A stretch of 64,000 bases of DNA from an uncultured Gammaproteobacteria bacterium (GTDB lineage: Bacteria > Patescibacteriota > Microgenomatia > Daviesbacterales > UBA10151), in the NCBI GenBank assembly GCA_964551605.1, contig CAZKCV010000005.1, positions 7,104-71,103 of the forward strand, in the 5' to 3' direction. The notes under the pieces are model-generated. The model was not told the origin of the DNA. It saw only the letters and a program-made list of their open reading frames with translations, and did not search any database. The first letter of the stretch is position 1, and every line of letters starts with the position of its first letter. Of the stretch, positions 1-10,665 are shown piece after piece. The position numbers and the translations under genes are program-made.

Positions 1-2601
1 ATCTTCCATTCTGATAATGACATCATGAGCTACATCCACTAGCCTCCTGGTTAAATATCCGGCATCTGCTGTTTTCAAGGCTTTGTCAGCCACACCTTTT
101 CTGGCTCCCCGGGCGGAAGTAAAGTATTCAAAGACAGATAAGCCTTGTCTGTAATTTGACTTAGTCGGCAATTCCACAATTTTACCTGTCGGATCAGTTG
201 ACAGACCCCTCATGGCAGAAAGCTGCTTTGCCTGATCTCTGGACCCCCGGGCTCCTGCTTCAACCATCATTCTAATCGGGTTTTTAAGACCCAAGTATTC
301 CCAAGTGGCATTAGCCAGCTCTTCCGTTACTTTAATCCAAACCATCTGGCTAAGTTGCGATTTTTCCTGAGGCGTGATCAAACCTTTGGCAGTATTTGCC
401 TCAATGGCAGCAATTTCCTTCATGGCATTATCCAGGTACTTTTGTTTATCCGGAACCACCCTGGCATCGAATATGGAAATTGAAATACCGGCAATGGTAG
501 CTCCCCAGAAACCCAAAGACTTAATACTGTCAATTAAATGCGTAACTTCTTCTTTACCTAAAGACTCCATCGCCCTCAGGATAATATCGCGGATAGTAAA
601 TCCTTTGATCACAATGTTTAAGTACCCCATCTGGGCCGGCAATACCTGATTAAATAAAATCCTGCCGACCGATGTTTCCATTACTTCACCGTCTATCTTA
701 ACTTGGATTTTTTCTTGGATCCCAACTTTATCAAGTGTATAGGCCCTGACCGCATCATCAGACAGTGCAAAAAACTTTAAGTCTTTCTGTTCGGGGTTAT
801 CCTCAATAAAGGTCAGATAATAACAACCCAAAGCCATTTCCCGGTTAGGTACGGTAATCGGCTGAGCATTAGCCGGCCCAAAGATATTTTCTTTGGCCAT
901 CATTAGCTGTTTAGCTTCTTCCTGAGCTTTGGCAGAAAGCGGCACATGTACAGCCATCTGGTCGCCGTCAAAATCTGCATTAAATCCGGCACAAATACAG
1001 GGATGAATGGCAATGGCATTACCATCTACCAAGGTGGGATAGAAAGCCTGAATACCTAATCTATGCAGAGTAGGCGCCCTATTGATTAAAATTGGATGCC
1101 CGGTGATGATCTCTTCTAAAATATCCCAAACCTCAGCCGGCCTAAGCTCTAAAACATTCTTCGCACCCTTAACGTTAGAGGCCAACCCCCTGGCTATCAT
1201 CTCACGCAACACAAAAGGCTTAAACATCTCAAGCGCCATTTCCTTTGGCAGTCCGACCTGATCCAAACCGAGTTTTGGTCCGATCACAATGACCGATCTT
1301 CCGGAATAATCAACCCTTTTACCCAAAAGGTTCTGCCTGAATCTGCCTTGTTTACCCCGTAACATGTCGGACAAAGAACGCAAGACATGGGTGGTGGCTG
1401 CACCGCCCCGCCTGGAAGTTCTGGATGAAGCATCAATCAAGCTGTCTACGGCTTCCTGCAGCATCCTTTTTTCATTCCGTAAAATAATTTCCGGAGCACC
1501 CAGATTAATCAACCGGTTTAACCTGTTATTCCTGTTAATAACCCTCCGGTATAGATCGTTCAGATCAGAAGTGGCAAATCGCCCTCCGGGCAACTGCACC
1601 ATCGGCCTAAGGTCAGGCGGCAAAACCGGCAGTACCCGCAAAATTAACCAGGTCGCCGAGATTCCCGACGAACGCATCCCTTCAATAACCCTGAGCCTTT
1701 TGGTGGCTTTAATATGTTTCTGGCCGGTGGATTTTCTGACCTCTTCCCGCAAATTAGCCGCTAATTTATCCAGGTCTAATTTCTCCAATATAGCAAGCAG
1801 GGCTTCTGCCCCCATGCCTACTTCGACAAAATCAGATACTCCGTATTCGGAAAGTTTATAGTATTCTTCTTCCGATAACAGCTTCAGCAGTGTTACAGCC
1901 TTAACCAAATCAGCAACTGCTTTGAAAATACTTTCCAGAGTAGTAATTTCCCCGACTAAACCATCCCTGAGCTTTTGAATCTCTGACCTGACTTTCAATT
2001 CATGTTCCTGTGCTTCCAGCTCAAACTTTTCTTTTTCCGATTTCTTCTTTAAGTCGGCCAATTCTTTTTTCAGATTATCTTCTAACTGCTTGATGCCATC
2101 CTCTAGGTTCTCTTTATACTCTGCGGTCTTAGCTTCCAAATCTTTTTCTAATTTTTCTAAGGCCTTGGTTTTACCGTTCGGGTCAATATTAGTAACAACA
2201 TATGAAGCGAAATAAATAACCGCTTCCAGGTTTTTGGGCGAGATATCCAAAATCAAGGAAAGCTTGGAGGGCGCCCCCTTCACAAACCAACTGTGAGCAA
2301 CCGGGGTGGCCAGATTAATATGTCCCATTCTTTCTCGCCTGACCTTGCTCTGGGTCACTTCAACTCCGCATTTGTCACAAATAACCCCTCTAAATCTGAT
2401 CCTCTTATATTTACCGCAGTAACATTCATAATCTTTAGTCGGACCGAAAATATTTTCGGAGAATAAACCGTCTTTTTCAGCTTTTAAGGTTCTGTAGTTA
2501 ATTGTTTCCGGTTTGGTTACCTCGCCAAAAGACCAGCTACGGATTTGTTCCGGGCTGGCAACAGTTAATCTTAAGCTTTCAAAATCTAATAGATCGTTCA
2601 T
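1..2601 (-). CDS. rpoC: RNA polymerase beta' subunit (5' part; runs off window)
   Basis: Hand translation from ATG 2601 (ATGA overlap with rpoB stop): MNDLLDFESLRLTVASPEQIRSWSFGEVTKPETINYR; NADFDGD motif near 960-981. Confidence 0.97.
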   Translation of the reverse strand, partial: MNDLLDFESLRLTVASPEQIRSWSFGEVTKPETINYRTLKAEKDGLFSENIFGPTKDYECYCGKYKRIRFRGVICDKCGVEVTQSKVRRERMGHINLATPVAHSWFVKGAPSKLSLILDISPKNLEAVIYFASYVVTNIDPNGKTKALEKLEKDLEAKTAEYKENLEDGIKQLEDNLKKELADLKKKSEKEKFELEAQEHELKVRSEIQKLRDGLVGEITTLESIFKAVADLVKAVTLLKLLSEEEYYKLSEYGVSDFVEVGMGAEALLAILEKLDLDKLAANLREEVRKSTGQKHIKATKRLRVIEGMRSSGISATWLILRVLPVLPPDLRPMVQLPGGRFATSDLNDLYRRVINRNNRLNRLINLGAPEIILRNEKRMLQEAVDSLIDASSRTSRRGGAATTHVLRSLSDMLRGKQGRFRQNLLGKRVDYSGRSVIVIGPKLGLDQVGLPKEMALEMFKPFVLREMIARGLASNVKGAKNVLELRPAEVWDILEEIITGHPILINRAPTLHRLGIQAFYPTLVDGNAIAIHPCICAGFNADFDGDQMAVHVPLSAKAQEEAKQLMMAKENIFGPANAQPITVPNREMALGCYYLTFIEDNPEQKDLKFFALSDDAVRAYTLDKVGIQEKIQVKIDGEVMETSVGRILFNQVLPAQMGYLNIVIKGFTIRDIILRAMESLGKEEVTHLIDSIKSLGFWGATIAGISISIFDARVVPDKQKYLDNAMKEIAAIEANTAKGLITPQEKSQLSQMVWIKVTEELANATWEYLGLKNPIRMMVEAGARGSRDQAKQLSAMRGLSTDPTGKIVELPTKSNYRQGLSVFEYFTSARGARKGVADKALKTADAGYLTRRLVDVAHDVIIRMED

Positions 2602-5600
2602 TCCCCCTCCTCCTTTTCTTTCTCTGCTTCTGCATTTGCATCAACTACTTCAAAAGAACTGCCTTCAGCTTCAAGCTCTCCTTCACCGGCAATCGGCTTC
2701 ATTTCTAAAGCTTCTTCCATTTGCGCTACCTCAGCTGCTACGCCGGCTGCCTCTTCAACTTCCGGAGCTGAGACTATCTTAGCACCGAGTGTATCTACGG
2801 ATAAACCTAAAGCCTGCAACTCTTTAACTAAAACCTTAAAAGATTCCGGAATTAAAGCCTGCGGGATATCTATCCCTTTAACAATTGCTTCAAAAGTCTT
2901 AGCCCTGCCTACCACATCATCGGATTTTATTGTCAACATCTCCTGTAAGATATGGGCAGCACCATATGCTTCCAGCGCCCAAACTTCCATCTCTCCTAAA
3001 CGCTGACCGCCCATTTGAGCTTTTCCGCCCAAAGGCTGCTGGGTAACCAGGGAATATGGTCCGGTGGAACGGGCATGAATTTTTTCTTCCACCATGTGGA
3101 TTAGTTTGAGAATGTAATTCCTGCCTACTACTACGGTATTGCCGAACGGTTGCCCTGTCCTACCGTCAAAAAGCTGAGTTTTGCCGTCTGTTGAAAATCC
3201 TGCTTTTTGCAACTCTTCGATTAGTTTCTCTTCAGGAACTTTCTCAAAAACAGGAACAGCTATTTTATAGCCTAATTTCTTGGCTGCAAAACCCCAGTGT
3301 GTTTCCAGCAATTGTCCCAAATTCATCCTGGACAACACTGATAAAGGAGAAATAATAATGTCAATCGGTGTACCGTCTGCCAAATGGGGCATGTCTGCAA
3401 CAGGCACAATCCTGGAGATAACACCTTTATTACCATGCCGGCCGGCCAGTTTATCTCCGGCAGTAACTTTTCTAAGTTGGGCTACCTTAACCTTAATCCT
3501 CATCAAAGTTCCTGTATCCAGTTCATCACCTTCGTCACGCGAGAGGATCTGCACACCGATTACAGTACCCCTTTCGCCGTGGGGAATCCGCAGGGAAGTA
3601 TCCCTGACTTCTTTAGCCTTTTCTCCGAAAATAGCCCTTAGCAACCTCTCTTCTGCCGTCAGTTCGGTTTCACCTTTAGGCTGAACCTTACCAACTAAAA
3701 TATCATTCGGTCCCACCTCTGCTCCGATCCTAACAATGCCACCCTCATCCAAGTTAACTAAGGCTTCTTCTGAAACATTGGGAATATCATTGGTCAGCTC
3801 TTCCGGACCAAGCTTAGTTTCTACTACATCAACTTCATATTCCTCAATGTGGATGGAGGTTAATACATCATCTTTGACTAATCTATCGGAGATCACAATA
3901 GCATCTTCATACCCCAAACCGTCAAAGCTCATGTAGGCAATAAGCAGATTCTGCCCCAGTGCCAACTCCCCGCCTTCAGAAGCTACGCCGTCAATCAGCA
4001 AATCGCCTTTTTTTACCTTTGTCCCTGAATTTACAACCGGCCTTTGTGAATAACAGGTCCCTTGCGGAGAATGTACGAACTTCTTGATCTCATATTTGAA
4101 CTCCTCATTTTTACCTCCAGAGGAGGGGCGTGTTGTTTTTAAGATCAGCTTTTTACCGTCTACGTATTTTATTTCCCCATCTTCAGGTGCCCGTACTACC
4201 CTCCCCATATTATCGGCCACTATCTTCTCCATACCAGTTCCGACAATCGGAGCAGCAGGCTTAAGTAAAGGCACTGCCTGGCATTGCATTTGGGTACCCA
4301 TCAAAGCCCTATTAGCATCATCATTCGCTAAGAATGGGATCAAAGCAGCCGAAGTCCCAAAAATCTGTTGAGGAGAAATATCTATTAAGGAAATATTTTC
4401 TACCGGCCCTTCAAAGAAACTGCCTCGGAAACGGGTTGGTACCCTTTTATCTAAAATGTAGCCTTTGTCATCTGTATTTACTGTGGCTTCGGTAATATAG
4501 GAATCCTCCTCATCATCAGCGGTAAAATAAACCACCTCGTTGGTAACCCGCGGCCTGCCTTTTTCTTTTACCACCTTTCTATAAGGGGTTTCCAAAAAGC
4601 CATACTCGTTGATACGGGCGTATAAAGCCAAGTATGTCACCAAGCCAATATTTTGCCCTTCAGGGGATCGAATCGGATCGATTCTGCCGTATTGAGAATG
4701 ATTAATATCCCTGACGGAGAAGCTGGCTCTGTCCCGGGTAATACCGCCTGCTCCCATAACGGATAATCTCCTCAGATGGTCCAGTTCCGATAAAGGATTA
4801 ACCTGATCCAAAATGGAGGATAGTTGTGAAGAGCGGAAAAATTCATTAATGGCAGCAATGACAGGTTTAGCATTAATTAATCCACCGGGAGTAACTTCCT
4901 GGTCAACGGCTGTTAAACTCATTCTTTCCTTGATAATTCTTTCCAGCCTTAACACTCCGATCCGGAAAGCATTTTGCTGAACCAGTTCACCGGCACACCT
5001 GACCCTTCTGTTGGCCAAATGATCTATGTCGTCTAATTTGCCCTCACCGAGACTTAATTTAATCAGATACTTTAGAGTGGCAATTATATCTTCTTTGGTT
5101 AAAATCCAATTCTCCGAGGTATTAGGTAAACTTAAGTTTAATCTTTTATTGATTTTATATCTGCCCACCCGGATCAGATTATAACGGCGGGAGTTAAAAA
5201 ACATGCCGTCCAGTAAAGCCTTGGCATTATCCAAAACTACCGGATCTCCCGGACGCATCTTCCTGAAGATTTCTAAAAGTGCCTCATCCGTACTGGTAGT
5301 TGGGTCTTTAGATAAGGTATTGGCGATAAAATTATCCTCTTCCGTTTCAACATCGGCAAAAAGTTCTTTAATCGCTTCATTATCGGAAAATCCCAAAGCG
5401 CGAAGTAAAGTAGTGGCGGCAAATTTTCTCCTTCTGTCGATTTTAGCAGTTAAAACACCACCCCTGGTGATGGAAAATTCCAGCCAGGAACCCCGATACG
5501 GCCTGATCTCTGCCGAAAATAACCTTCTTCCGGTAATCGGATCATCACTGGCCTGAAAAAAGACACCGGGGGAGCGAACCAACTGGTTAATTATCACTCT

Positions 5601-5984
5601 TTCTACCCCGTTTATAATAAATGTTCCCTTATCGGTCATCTGCGGTATATCGCCCAGGAATACATCCTGTTTGTATTCCTGCCCTGTTTGCTTATTTAAT
5701 AAGATGGCCTCAATTTTTAAGGGAGCATCATAGGTAACACCTTTTTCGCTGGCGACCTCCGGAGTGTATTTGGATTTACCGAAATAAAAGGACCCTAGTG
5801 CTAGGGTCCAATTCTTTCCTGTAAAATCTTCTACAGGAGAGATCTCCTCGAGGACTTCTTTAATCCCGGTTTTAAGGAACCAATGATAAGAATCAAGTTG
5901 AATTTTAATTAAATTAAGCTCAGGAAGAGAAACGGGTGCTTTACTCCAATATTTACGATCATTAATAGATGAGTTTAATGACAT
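2598..5984 (-). CDS. rpoB: RNA polymerase beta subunit
   Basis: GTFIINGVERV, GDKLAGRHGNKG and GGQRLGEMEVWALEAYGA motifs. Confidence 0.99.
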   Translation of the reverse strand: MSLNSSINDRKYWSKAPVSLPELNLIKIQLDSYHWFLKTGIKEVLEEISPVEDFTGKNWTLALGSFYFGKSKYTPEVASEKGVTYDAPLKIEAILLNKQTGQEYKQDVFLGDIPQMTDKGTFIINGVERVIINQLVRSPGVFFQASDDPITGRRLFSAEIRPYRGSWLEFSITRGGVLTAKIDRRRKFAATTLLRALGFSDNEAIKELFADVETEEDNFIANTLSKDPTTSTDEALLEIFRKMRPGDPVVLDNAKALLDGMFFNSRRYNLIRVGRYKINKRLNLSLPNTSENWILTKEDIIATLKYLIKLSLGEGKLDDIDHLANRRVRCAGELVQQNAFRIGVLRLERIIKERMSLTAVDQEVTPGGLINAKPVIAAINEFFRSSQLSSILDQVNPLSELDHLRRLSVMGAGGITRDRASFSVRDINHSQYGRIDPIRSPEGQNIGLVTYLALYARINEYGFLETPYRKVVKEKGRPRVTNEVVYFTADDEEDSYITEATVNTDDKGYILDKRVPTRFRGSFFEGPVENISLIDISPQQIFGTSAALIPFLANDDANRALMGTQMQCQAVPLLKPAAPIVGTGMEKIVADNMGRVVRAPEDGEIKYVDGKKLILKTTRPSSGGKNEEFKYEIKKFVHSPQGTCYSQRPVVNSGTKVKKGDLLIDGVASEGGELALGQNLLIAYMSFDGLGYEDAIVISDRLVKDDVLTSIHIEEYEVDVVETKLGPEELTNDIPNVSEEALVNLDEGGIVRIGAEVGPNDILVGKVQPKGETELTAEERLLRAIFGEKAKEVRDTSLRIPHGERGTVIGVQILSRDEGDELDTGTLMRIKVKVAQLRKVTAGDKLAGRHGNKGVISRIVPVADMPHLADGTPIDIIISPLSVLSRMNLGQLLETHWGFAAKKLGYKIAVPVFEKVPEEKLIEELQKAGFSTDGKTQLFDGRTGQPFGNTVVVGRNYILKLIHMVEEKIHARSTGPYSLVTQQPLGGKAQMGGQRLGEMEVWALEAYGAAHILQEMLTIKSDDVVGRAKTFEAIVKGIDIPQALIPESFKVLVKELQALGLSVDTLGAKIVSAPEVEEAAGVAAEVAQMEEALEMKPIAGEGELEAEGSSFEVVDANAEAEKEKEEGE

Positions 5985-6109
5985 GTTGTAGATGGCCTAT
6001 TGAGCAGATCTGTCTTGCCTACGGCACCAACAAAAGAAAGCATACGTACACGTACGCCTCCGTTTTTTATATTTAGTTGTGGTCAATATATCATGAAAAA
6101 CCTCATCCG

Positions 6110-6469
6110 TCAAGAGGCCAAATACTCCCTGGCTAAAGCTTCGTCTTTTTTCATCTGATCAATTAACTCTTTAGCAGAACTAAATTTTTTGTTACCTCTG
6201 ATTTTTTTTAGCAGTTTTATAGAAATCCATCTACCATAAAGGTTTTGCTTAAAATCCAAAATATATGTCTCAGCCTGGAAAGTTTTTTCATTAAAAGTTT
6301 TGGCTTTGCCTACAAAAGTGAGGGCCGGGTAGATTAAGTTGCCAATTTTAGCTTGGGAAACATAAATGCCTTCGGGGATATTTTTGCTTAAACTTATATT
6401 AGCTGTCGGAAAGCCTAATTTTTTACCCCTTTGGTTATGCTTCCTGACCTTTCCCCAAAACTTATCCAT
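6110..6469 (-). CDS. Stand-alone riboflavin kinase (RibF C-terminal domain only)
   Basis: RGKKLGFPTAN and ETYILDF..NLYG motifs; no FAD synthetase domain. Confidence 0.88.
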   Translation of the reverse strand: MDKFWGKVRKHNQRGKKLGFPTANISLSKNIPEGIYVSQAKIGNLIYPALTFVGKAKTFNEKTFQAETYILDFKQNLYGRWISIKLLKKIRGNKKFSSAKELIDQMKKDEALAREYLAS

Positions 6470-6472
6470 AAA

Positions 6473-7429
6473 TTATCGATACTTAGACACATTCCGATTA
6501 TGCTCATCAAGGGTTTTAGCATAGTAGGAGTTGCCTTTTGAATCATGAAAATAATAAAGATAAGAGGTAGAAGAATCCGCATTAGCTACCGCTTTCAAGG
6601 AGGAAACAGACGGATTACTGATTGGGGCAGGCGGCAAACCGGTATGAAGGTAGGTGTTATAAAGAGAATCCACCTTTAGATCATCAAAGGTTAGATTTCT
6701 CTTCCACCAGCTTTTTTCTTTCTCTTGAAAACCAAGGGCGTATTGAACTGTCGCATCCGCATTAAGCGGCATATCTATTTTTAATCTTTTCAAAAGTATC
6801 GAGGCCACCATTTGCCTGACTTCATCTGAACGGGCCTCCCGTTCTACGATTGAAGCCAAAATTACCCCTTCTGCCTCAGTTAACCCTTGAGAGCGGATTT
6901 TTGAACGAAGCTCCGGAGTAAACCGGCTGTCAAAAGTATCTCTTAGAGTTTCTGCAATATAGCCGGCCGTAGCTTCCTTTGGAAAAAGATAGGTATCCGG
7001 AAACATATAACCCTCTTCTGTTAGTTCTAAGAATTTGGAATTTGGAATTTGGAATTTGGAATTTATTTCTGCAGCTATCTCTTCCACCCGCCACCCTTCT
7101 ATTAAGGTAATCCAGATATCTTCACTACCGGTTTGCAAAGTTCTGATAATTTCCGGTGTAGACATGGAAGAAGATAACTTATATGAGCCTGCTTGTAGTT
7201 TATTGGTCAAATTATTTTGCCTGACATAAATCTTAAAAGCCAGCTTTGATTTAATCAAGTTGTCTGCTTTTAGCCCTCGGGCAATTTCCGAAACACCGGC
7301 TCCTTTGGCTATAATAAATACTTGGGTATCTTTATTGGCAGAAACCGGGGCAAACTGACCCTCCCACCAACTCTTGGCAAAAAAAGTTATAATTATTATA
7401 AAGATTATAATTGTTATAAATCTTTTCAT
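6473..7429 (-). CDS. mltG: Endolytic transglycosylase MltG
   Basis: N-terminal TM; EGYMFPDTY, LASIVERE, YNTY..GLPPAPISNP. Confidence 0.95.
   Translation of the reverse strand: MKRFITIIIFIIIITFFAKSWWEGQFAPVSANKDTQVFIIAKGAGVSEIARGLKADNLIKSKLAFKIYVRQNNLTNKLQAGSYKLSSSMSTPEIIRTLQTGSEDIWITLIEGWRVEEIAAEINSKFQIPNSKFLELTEEGYMFPDTYLFPKEATAGYIAETLRDTFDSRFTPELRSKIRSQGLTEAEGVILASIVEREARSDEVRQMVASILLKRLKIDMPLNADATVQYALGFQEKEKSWWKRNLTFDDLKVDSLYNTYLHTGLPPAPISNPSVSSLKAVANADSSTSYLYYFHDSKGNSYYAKTLDEHNRNVSKYR
7031..7064. repeat. Heptamer tandem repeat (GAATTTG)4-GAATTT inside mltG
   Basis: Read directly; encodes NSKFQIPNSKF. Confidence 0.9.
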
Positions 7430-7803
7430 AGGCTATCCAAATAATTCTGTAGGATGCCTGCGGCAGAGTAAGCATCTTCATGCCGGCGTTTTTTCCGCTT
7501 TAATCCCTGCTCAATCATTACCTCTAAGGCCTTTTTACTGGACAGGGTCTCTTCAAAAGTTTCCACCTCAAACCCCTGTTTTCTTAAAGCCTTAACAAAA
7601 CCCATTACATTTTGACCCATTTTGCCCTCAGGCAAACCAACCACAATTTTATCAAACTCTCCACCTTTGATAACTTTTATAACCTTTTTCACTGCTTCAG
7701 AAAAACCTTTTACTTGAAGAATTTGCCATGGAGAAGCTAACTCGCCTTCTGATATAGCTAATCCAATTCTCGTTAAGCCAAAATCTATACCTAGATATCG
7801 CAT
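7426..7803 (-). CDS. yqgF: YqgF/RuvX pre-16S rRNA nuclease / resolvase-like protein
   Basis: YLGIDFGLTRIGLAIS, VVGLP, ETLSS, DAYSAAGILQNYLD. Confidence 0.92.
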   Translation of the reverse strand: MRYLGIDFGLTRIGLAISEGELASPWQILQVKGFSEAVKKVIKVIKGGEFDKIVVGLPEGKMGQNVMGFVKALRKQGFEVETFEETLSSKKALEVMIEQGLKRKKRRHEDAYSAAGILQNYLDSL

Positions 7804-8432
7804 CAGACTATTTTACCTAACACAACAAGCCTTTTGAGATTTAATCCCGGCGGCACACAGGTCATCAAAGAAATGTACCTACCCTGTTCATCAGGCGACG
7901 CAATAACGGACAGGTCACTGGGGTCAACAATTTTAAACCCTACCACCTTATATGTAAACCTGCTTCCGGCCGCTTCTACCACAATCTCGTCATCTTTTTT
8001 TAAGTCTGTCAGTTTGGCAAAGATTGCATTCTGACCAGGGATGAATTTACTGAATGCGGAATGACCGGAGATAAAAAGGTTACCCTTTTCTCCCGGCATA
8101 GCAGAACCGGGCAGTTGTACCAGCCCCCAGGACAGTTCGTTGCTGTCTACAAAAACGGTCTTCTGATCTATCTTTAACCGGGGTATGGTAATTAAAAACT
8201 GGTTATAACTCGGTCTTTCACTCCTGGTTGAATTTGAAACAAAAGCCGGAAAATTATTATTATCCCTAACTGAAACTCCCAACACTTGTCCGCTAGACTG
8301 CGTGGGACTAATTAGATCCTGATTATTATATTGCTGCCCAATAAACCATAACTGGAATGAAATAACCGGTAAAATTATCTGCAGAAGCAAAAAAACACCG
8401 ATTGATAAAAATGCTAGGGCCGCAAACTTCAT
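7803..8432 (-). CDS. Sortase family protein
   Basis: N-terminal TM; PGEKGNLFISGH, LMTC, downstream R (KRLVV). Confidence 0.88.
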   Translation of the reverse strand: MKFAALAFLSIGVFLLLQIILPVISFQLWFIGQQYNNQDLISPTQSSGQVLGVSVRDNNNFPAFVSNSTRSERPSYNQFLITIPRLKIDQKTVFVDSNELSWGLVQLPGSAMPGEKGNLFISGHSAFSKFIPGQNAIFAKLTDLKKDDEIVVEAAGSRFTYKVVGFKIVDPSDLSVIASPDEQGRYISLMTCVPPGLNLKRLVVLGKIV

Positions 8433-10660
8433 TTAAGACCAACCTCAATTTTGATGTTCTTCGATAAAATCGGCAAGCGCTCCAGCGCTTTTGGCAACTT
8501 AGGATTTAAGTTAATTTCCGCACTCAAAATATTTTCCATCCCCTTTAAGATTTTTGTCACTTCTTCGGGTGGCTTAAATTTAATTTCCTTTCTTATTTTG
8601 TCCGTATTTAACTGAGGCATTAGTTTAGCCCTGAATTTTGCCAAAAATATTAACTTGCCGTCTTTTTCCAGCTTTGAAACGTCAGCCTGTGTTTCTGTTT
8701 CCGAGATATTTAAACTAAATCCCTCAGGTACCTGTGTTGTAACCAATTTTGAAACTATGGTTTTTAGGTCAATATCATCAAAAGCGGTTCCCTTATACTT
8801 AACTGTCATATTTAAAGAGAACTCGCTGGCTTGATCATTGATATTTTTGCTATAACTTTTTCTTACCGCACCCTCGGACAAAGCTTCCTGCAGTATCTTT
8901 TTGTTAGGATATTTTTCCTGCAACTTTTGTTGGGCCTGCTGCCTTAAATCCGAAGTCAGTTTAGCCAGCAATCTTTGTTGGTCTTCGCTCGAAACAACCG
9001 TCACGTCTTTAGATGTACCTCCGGAAAAATTCCCCTGTGCCTTACCTACGAACTGAGAGCTGGAAAAATTCCCTACGGTTAAGTTGGTATCTGACGGGAT
9101 ATTGCCGTCAGCACCGATATCACTTGCAGTTACCCTAACCGTGACTTTACTTTTTGAATCAGCATCAAGCAGTGTGGCAGAAACTGAAGCCGTATTATCT
9201 AACTTGAACTTGATACCGCCGGGGGTTGTGAAAGTCGTCCCGGCTGAAAAATTCTGCCCTTGCGTAGTATTATTAATGATTACTACCGTGCCTTTCGCAG
9301 GATCTCCGATTTGTCTTTTACCGGAAGCCGGACCTTTGGCTGAACCGGATACTTCCGTTTCGACTATTTGTCCGGGAATTATTCTGGCTCCTTCATCAAC
9401 AGCTTTCTGGTTTGGATCAGCTATTACCTGTGCATCTTTTTCCAAAACTTTAGGTTCCACAAAAATCTTTACCCGAGCTGTAGGCAAGAAAATATAAGCA
9501 CCTAAAAGTAAACTTAAACCTATCCCTGCTGCCAATGGAATAATGAATTTTCTTGGGATAAAACTTCTGCCCTGTCGCGGCAAAGGGGGAGTAGCAACTG
9601 AAGGAGTTGTTTCTTCATCGAAATCTTCCATTTTTAAGGGTTGTTCCGCCGGCGCTACCAGCTCTTCACTATTTAGCTTCTCCTGCTCTGATAACTCTTC
9701 ATTTATTAAAGTCTCTTGACTGTCTTCCTGTGCCTCCTTTGAAACATCCCCTACTACAAATCCCAGATTATCTTCCTGGGTCACTTCCTGCTTCTTTGTT
9801 TCCTCCTCTGTATTTTCTGTTTCCTCTGTTTCCGGGCCTTTCGATTCTTCCGGACTTTTTGCTTCATCAATAGTCACTTTTTCAGTTTCTCTGTCTTGAG
9901 GAGCATCTACATAAGAGATATCTGTATTTATTTCTGACCCGCCTGCCAGACAAACGCTTTTAATTTCCAAATCCTGCTCCAGAACTTCTATCTTCGGCAG
10001 ATGCAGAAATGAAAGTTTAGACATCCAGGAAAAAGATAAAAGCTCTGATTTAAGTTTCGAAGTGGTATCGCCATATATCAATATCTTAGAAGGCAATGTT
10101 TCAACATCAGTAAAGGTTAATAAAGCCTTTTCTATATCAGAGCCCGCGGTTTCCCCTCTTTTGATTACTTTTACACCGTCAATCTTGCCTGCCCGAGCTA
10201 CGGTTACAGTCAGATGTTCTTTCTCAAAACCTACCAAAATAGCAGTGGTAGGAACACCATCCTGTCTTTCCAGAAAATGGACTAAGGCATTGCTGGTAGA
10301 AACATAGGCCATTGGGGTTAACTCTAGTTCTTTTACTAATTGACGAAGTATTCTTAAATATTCATCTTTTAAGTTATCGTCTGTTAGCCAGGAAGAGGGT
10401 ACTCCGAAAAGGATTTTTTGAGGTTCAATTTCCTTTAAGCCCAATACTTGATCCAGAAGCTTATCTAAAACCGTGGCAATTTCATCATTTGATGAGTATT
10501 CGGCGGAAGATAAACCTAAAATCTTTAAATCCTTGCCTTCTATCAACCAAAGGGCGGCAGTAATCCTTTCTGCACTGATATTGGTAGCAAAAAAATATTC
10601 TTTTTTTTCTTCCTTCTTCCCTATCGGTAAAAAGGCAGTTACTTTATTAAGGAAGTCCAT
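8429..10660 (-). CDS. Bitopic membrane protein: FtsA/PilM-like N-terminal region, acidic linker, TM, baseplate-J-like extracellular region
   Basis: ILFGVPSSW-type actin-fold-like N-terminus; E-rich linker; TM FIIPLAAGIGLSLLLGAYIFL; AKGTVVIIN...GADGNI...FSGG resembles baseplate J-like domains (recognised by eye). Confidence 0.6.
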   Translation of the reverse strand: MDFLNKVTAFLPIGKKEEKKEYFFATNISAERITAALWLIEGKDLKILGLSSAEYSSNDEIATVLDKLLDQVLGLKEIEPQKILFGVPSSWLTDDNLKDEYLRILRQLVKELELTPMAYVSTSNALVHFLERQDGVPTTAILVGFEKEHLTVTVARAGKIDGVKVIKRGETAGSDIEKALLTFTDVETLPSKILIYGDTTSKLKSELLSFSWMSKLSFLHLPKIEVLEQDLEIKSVCLAGGSEINTDISYVDAPQDRETEKVTIDEAKSPEESKGPETEETENTEEETKKQEVTQEDNLGFVVGDVSKEAQEDSQETLINEELSEQEKLNSEELVAPAEQPLKMEDFDEETTPSVATPPLPRQGRSFIPRKFIIPLAAGIGLSLLLGAYIFLPTARVKIFVEPKVLEKDAQVIADPNQKAVDEGARIIPGQIVETEVSGSAKGPASGKRQIGDPAKGTVVIINNTTQGQNFSAGTTFTTPGGIKFKLDNTASVSATLLDADSKSKVTVRVTASDIGADGNIPSDTNLTVGNFSSSQFVGKAQGNFSGGTSKDVTVVSSEDQQRLLAKLTSDLRQQAQQKLQEKYPNKKILQEALSEGAVRKSYSKNINDQASEFSLNMTVKYKGTAFDDIDLKTIVSKLVTTQVPEGFSLNISETETQADVSKLEKDGKLIFLAKFRAKLMPQLNTDKIRKEIKFKPPEEVTKILKGMENILSAEINLNPKLPKALERLPILSKNIKIEVGLK

Positions 10661-10665
10661 ATAAA

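Noticed and set aside
374-5556. Multiple plus-strand ORFs over rpoC/rpoB (likewise over dnaK, ftsK, nusA)
   Set aside because: Antisense shadows of conserved genes
8429-10660. Baseplate-J-like domain as evidence of a prophage
   Set aside because: No other phage genes; embedded in a housekeeping operon and has a TM segment
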